DNA of 24,000 bases, from the NCBI GenBank assembly GCA_017472255.1, contig JAFUQU010000041.1, positions 154-24,153 of the forward strand, read 5' to 3'. The translations under genes and the position numbers were made by a program. Origin of the DNA: Clostridia bacterium (lineage in GTDB: Bacteria; Bacillota; Clostridia; Oscillospirales; CAG-272). The notes under the pieces were generated by a model, which saw only the letters and a program-made list of their open reading frames with translations, was not told the origin of the DNA and did no database searches. Each line of letters opens with the position of its first letter. Positions within the stretch are counted from its first letter, which is position 1. This document shows, one piece after another, positions 21,607 through 24,000 of the stretch.

Positions 21607-22797
21607 ATGAAATTCACCTACAAACACACGATGATTGCCTGTTACATATGCTTCATCATCCAGTCCATTGTCAACAACTTCAGCCCTTTGCTTTTTGTGA
21701 CCTACTCCCGCCAGTTTAACATCTCTCTGGAGCAGATCACGCTGCTGGTCGCTTACAACTTCATCATGCAGATGATGGTGGATGCCATCGGCGCCCGCTA
21801 TGTGGAGCAGATTGGCTACCGCCGGGGCATTGTTATCGCGCATATCACTTCGTTTATCGGCGTGGCGGGATTGGGCGTGTTCCCGTTTATTCTGCCGCCC
21901 TTCGCCGGGCTGATCGTCGCCACCACCTTCTGTGCGCTGGGCAGCGGCTTCATCGAAGTCCTCGCCAGCCCCATCGTGGAGGCGCTTCCCACCGACGAAA
22001 AGAGCGCCGCTATGAGCCTGCTCCACTCCTTCTACTGCTGGGGGCATATTCTAATTGTGCTTCTGTCCACGCTGTTTTTCACGCTGGCGGGAACGGAGAA
22101 CTGGCGGATTCTGGCGATGCTGTGGAGCCTGATTCCGGCGCTGAACTGTATCGTTTTCCTGTTTGTGCCGATTGTGCCGTACAATGCCGGAAACGAGACG
22201 GTATCGGCGGGCGGATTGTTGAAAATGAAGGAATTTTGGGTGTTTCTGGTGCTGATGGTCTGCGTTGGCGCGTCCGAACAGGCAATTGCCCAGTGGGCGT
22301 CGCTGTTCGCGGAGACGGGTCTTCACGTGTCGAAGACGGTGGGCGATTTGATGGGACCTTGTCTGTTTGGGCTGATGATGGCGATTTCGCGCACGATTTA
22401 CGGCAGCGTGGGCGGCAGAATCAACCTGCCCCGGTTTATGGTTGTCTGCGCAGCGGGTGTGACGGCGTCCTATCTGCTGACGGTGTTCGCGCCCGTTCCC
22501 ATGCTGTCGCTGGTGGGATGCGGACTGGCGGGGCTGTTCGTGGGCATTTTCTGGCCGGGCACACTTTCGCTGGCGACCCGCGCTCTGCCCCAGGCGGGCA
22601 CGTCGATGTTCGCGATGCTGGCGCTGGCGGGGGACATTGGCTGCACCTCCGGACCGTCGGTGATCGGCTTCATCTCGGGAAAGCTTGCGGGGGACGATGC
22701 CCTCAAGGGCGGCATTCTGGCGTCGGCGGTATTCCCCATCGGCGCGTTTGTGATTCTTCTGTGGCTGATTTGCAAGGGGAGAAAGAAGGAAAGGTAA
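21607..22797 (+). CDS. MFS transporter
   Basis: About 12 hydrophobic segments at 396 aa, with typical MFS-like composition. The minus-strand ORFs overlapping it are antisense shadows. Confidence 0.85.
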   Translation: MKFTYKHTMIACYICFIIQSIVNNFSPLLFVTYSRQFNISLEQITLLVAYNFIMQMMVDAIGARYVEQIGYRRGIVIAHITSFIGVAGLGVFPFILPPFAGLIVATTFCALGSGFIEVLASPIVEALPTDEKSAAMSLLHSFYCWGHILIVLLSTLFFTLAGTENWRILAMLWSLIPALNCIVFLFVPIVPYNAGNETVSAGGLLKMKEFWVFLVLMVCVGASEQAIAQWASLFAETGLHVSKTVGDLMGPCLFGLMMAISRTIYGSVGGRINLPRFMVVCAAGVTASYLLTVFAPVPMLSLVGCGLAGLFVGIFWPGTLSLATRALPQAGTSMFAMLALAGDIGCTSGPSVIGFISGKLAGDDALKGGILASAVFPIGAFVILLWLICKGRKKER

Positions 22798-22814
22798 ACT
22801 TGTTTTGGTACATA

Positions 22815-22848
22815 AAAAGTGGGGTTCATAAAAAACCTCACTTTTTTT
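22815..22848 (+). terminator. Intrinsic terminator after the MFS gene
   Basis: aaaagtgggg/cctcactttt stem with an 11-nt loop, followed by a T7 run. Confidence 0.55.
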
Positions 22849-22869
22849 CATTTTTCTGCGCTTTAGCGA

Positions 22870-22899
22870 TTGACAATATTAAAAAAACTGTGATATAAT
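22870..22899 (+). promoter_or_regulatory. Sigma-A promoter of the AT-rich protease island
   Basis: TTGACA-N18-TATAAT. The 5' UTR is about 125 nt and contains the hairpin gatatgttg/caacatatc (22969-22997). Confidence 0.55.
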
Positions 22900-23027
22900 A
22901 TACATGCTAAAGTGATGTGCAATGCATTACTTTTAGTGCAGAAACGTTTCGTACTACGTATTCGCATATGATATGTTGAATTTGCAAAGCAACATATCGC
23001 ATTATCTTAGAATGGAGATGATACGGA

Positions 23028-23642
23028 TTGAAGTATTTATTTCGTAATGTTCTGACGGTTATTATGGTGCTGACGCTTTTGTGTATCACTGCACACGCTT
23101 CTGAATATGATGATAGTGGCTATAGTAAGGCAACTATATATATTCAGAACAAGTTGGACGAATATTATCACGATCATTTTGAGACAGCTATTGGTTATTG
23201 GGATGGTTATGATGATGAAGGAAACAAGCATTTGCCGGGCCGTAGTATCGTAGTTAATACGGAGTCTTATTCTCAAATCACGAATGTGAGTTTCAGATTT
23301 CATCCTGAATTCGGTGTACTGAATTCACAATTTACGTATGGATTGTATGTGGTGGAATATCCAACGTCATTAGCGTGTGATTGCCATACGACAGCAGGTT
23401 TTACCATCTATATTAACGATTATTTTGCACGAGAAGCGACGGATGAGTATTTACGTACATCAAATGAAAACCTTGCGACTATTGTTCATGAAATGGGACA
23501 TGCATATGGTTTGATTGACTTTGATGAGAGTTACTATGTATATGACTCCATTATGTCGTATCGTGTAAATAATAACACGATGTATCAGCCGCAGGAGCGT
23601 GATTATAGAAATGCAAGAGCATCATGGGCAAGGCATGAATGA
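23028..23642 (+). CDS. Secreted zinc metalloprotease (metzincin, snapalysin/matrixin-like)
   Basis: The start is a TTG after GGAGATGA. The signal peptide ends ITAHAS. The zinc motif HEMGHAYGLID fits HExxHxxGxxD, and SIMSY fits a Met-turn. Confidence 0.75.
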   Translation: MKYLFRNVLTVIMVLTLLCITAHASEYDDSGYSKATIYIQNKLDEYYHDHFETAIGYWDGYDDEGNKHLPGRSIVVNTESYSQITNVSFRFHPEFGVLNSQFTYGLYVVEYPTSLACDCHTTAGFTIYINDYFAREATDEYLRTSNENLATIVHEMGHAYGLIDFDESYYVYDSIMSYRVNNNTMYQPQERDYRNARASWARHE

Positions 23643-23668
23643 GTAGCTCAAGAAAGGTGACATTAGCT

Positions 23669-24000
23669 ATGAAAAGAATAATTGCTGAACTTCTCACAAT
23701 TATCACCGTATTATTTTCATGTGGATGCAGCAACAATAAGGCGATCTTGGATAATGATACGGTTGATGCAGACAAGACAGCTGAGGTGAAAGTGATTCAG
23801 GTAAAAGCGCAGTTTGGCGATCCAAAGTCGTTCAACGCTGTTTACGGTTTCTGCGACCAGATGGTTATGGCTCGCGTCAAATCGGTCGGTGAGAGCTATA
23901 TTCTGGGCGGAGAGCTGGATACAACTGGCGATGAGGCGTCTATTGCTCAGCAGATGATTGGTATCCGCACCCCGTATGAAATTGAAATTGTCAATGTTTA
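23669..24000 (+). CDS. Putative lipoprotein, partial (runs off the window)
   Basis: RBS AAAGGTGA precedes the ATG at 23669. The N-terminus is MKRIIAELLTIITVLFSCGCSNN. The frame stays open to the end of the window. It is absent from the ORF track because there is no stop codon. Confidence 0.6.
   Translation, partial: MKRIIAELLTIITVLFSCGCSNNKAILDNDTVDADKTAEVKVIQVKAQFGDPKSFNAVYGFCDQMVMARVKSVGESYILGGELDTTGDEASIAQQMIGIRTPYEIEIVNV

Noticed and set aside
20608-22851. Two long minus-strand ORFs (20608..22047 and 22051..22851) spanning spoVT, the 85-aa ORF and the MFS gene.
   Set aside because: They run antisense to clearly recognisable genes (a near-identical SpoVT N-terminus and MFS topology). Their translations are low-complexity Arg/Gly/His-rich.

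Overview
This is a high-GC, Clostridia-type chromosomal segment. The core genes are tRNA-Leu, a PrsA-like lipoprotein, a split transketolase, spoVT and an MFS transporter. Several accessory patches interrupt them.

1. 1.34-8.57 kb holds a compact phage head and packaging module: terS, terL, capsid, portal and four small or unknown ORFs, all intact with strong RBSs. The window shows no tail, lysis-control, integrase or lysogeny genes. A 624-bp inverted-repeat element sits exactly between terS and terL.
2. About 8.57-9.8 kb is an AT-rich cassette with its own consensus promoter, a 49-aa Cys-motif ORF, a GH24 lysozyme and a lipoprotein ORF that reads across the AT/GC junction.
3. About 12.2-12.55 kb is an Rpn-family nuclease remnant in which only a promoter- and RBS-equipped 55-aa C-terminal ORF stays translatable. 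It is followed by an odd G/C-tract hairpin region and a lone corrinoid protein.
4. 13.7-14.5 kb is an AT-rich gene for a PBECR-like predicted nuclease. It is preceded by a consensus promoter, a structured leader of about 170 nt and an intrinsic terminator abutting the RBS.
5. 14.5-18.1 kb is a BlaI/BlaR1-type pair. It has a non-PBP sensor domain, an in-frame 18-bp tandem repeat inside blaI, and two dyad operators over a consensus promoter.
6. 22.8-24.0 kb is an AT-rich island carrying a secreted metzincin and a lipoprotein.

No CRISPR array, rRNA or intact IS element was seen. All family calls rest on motif recognition by eye; no database search was run.
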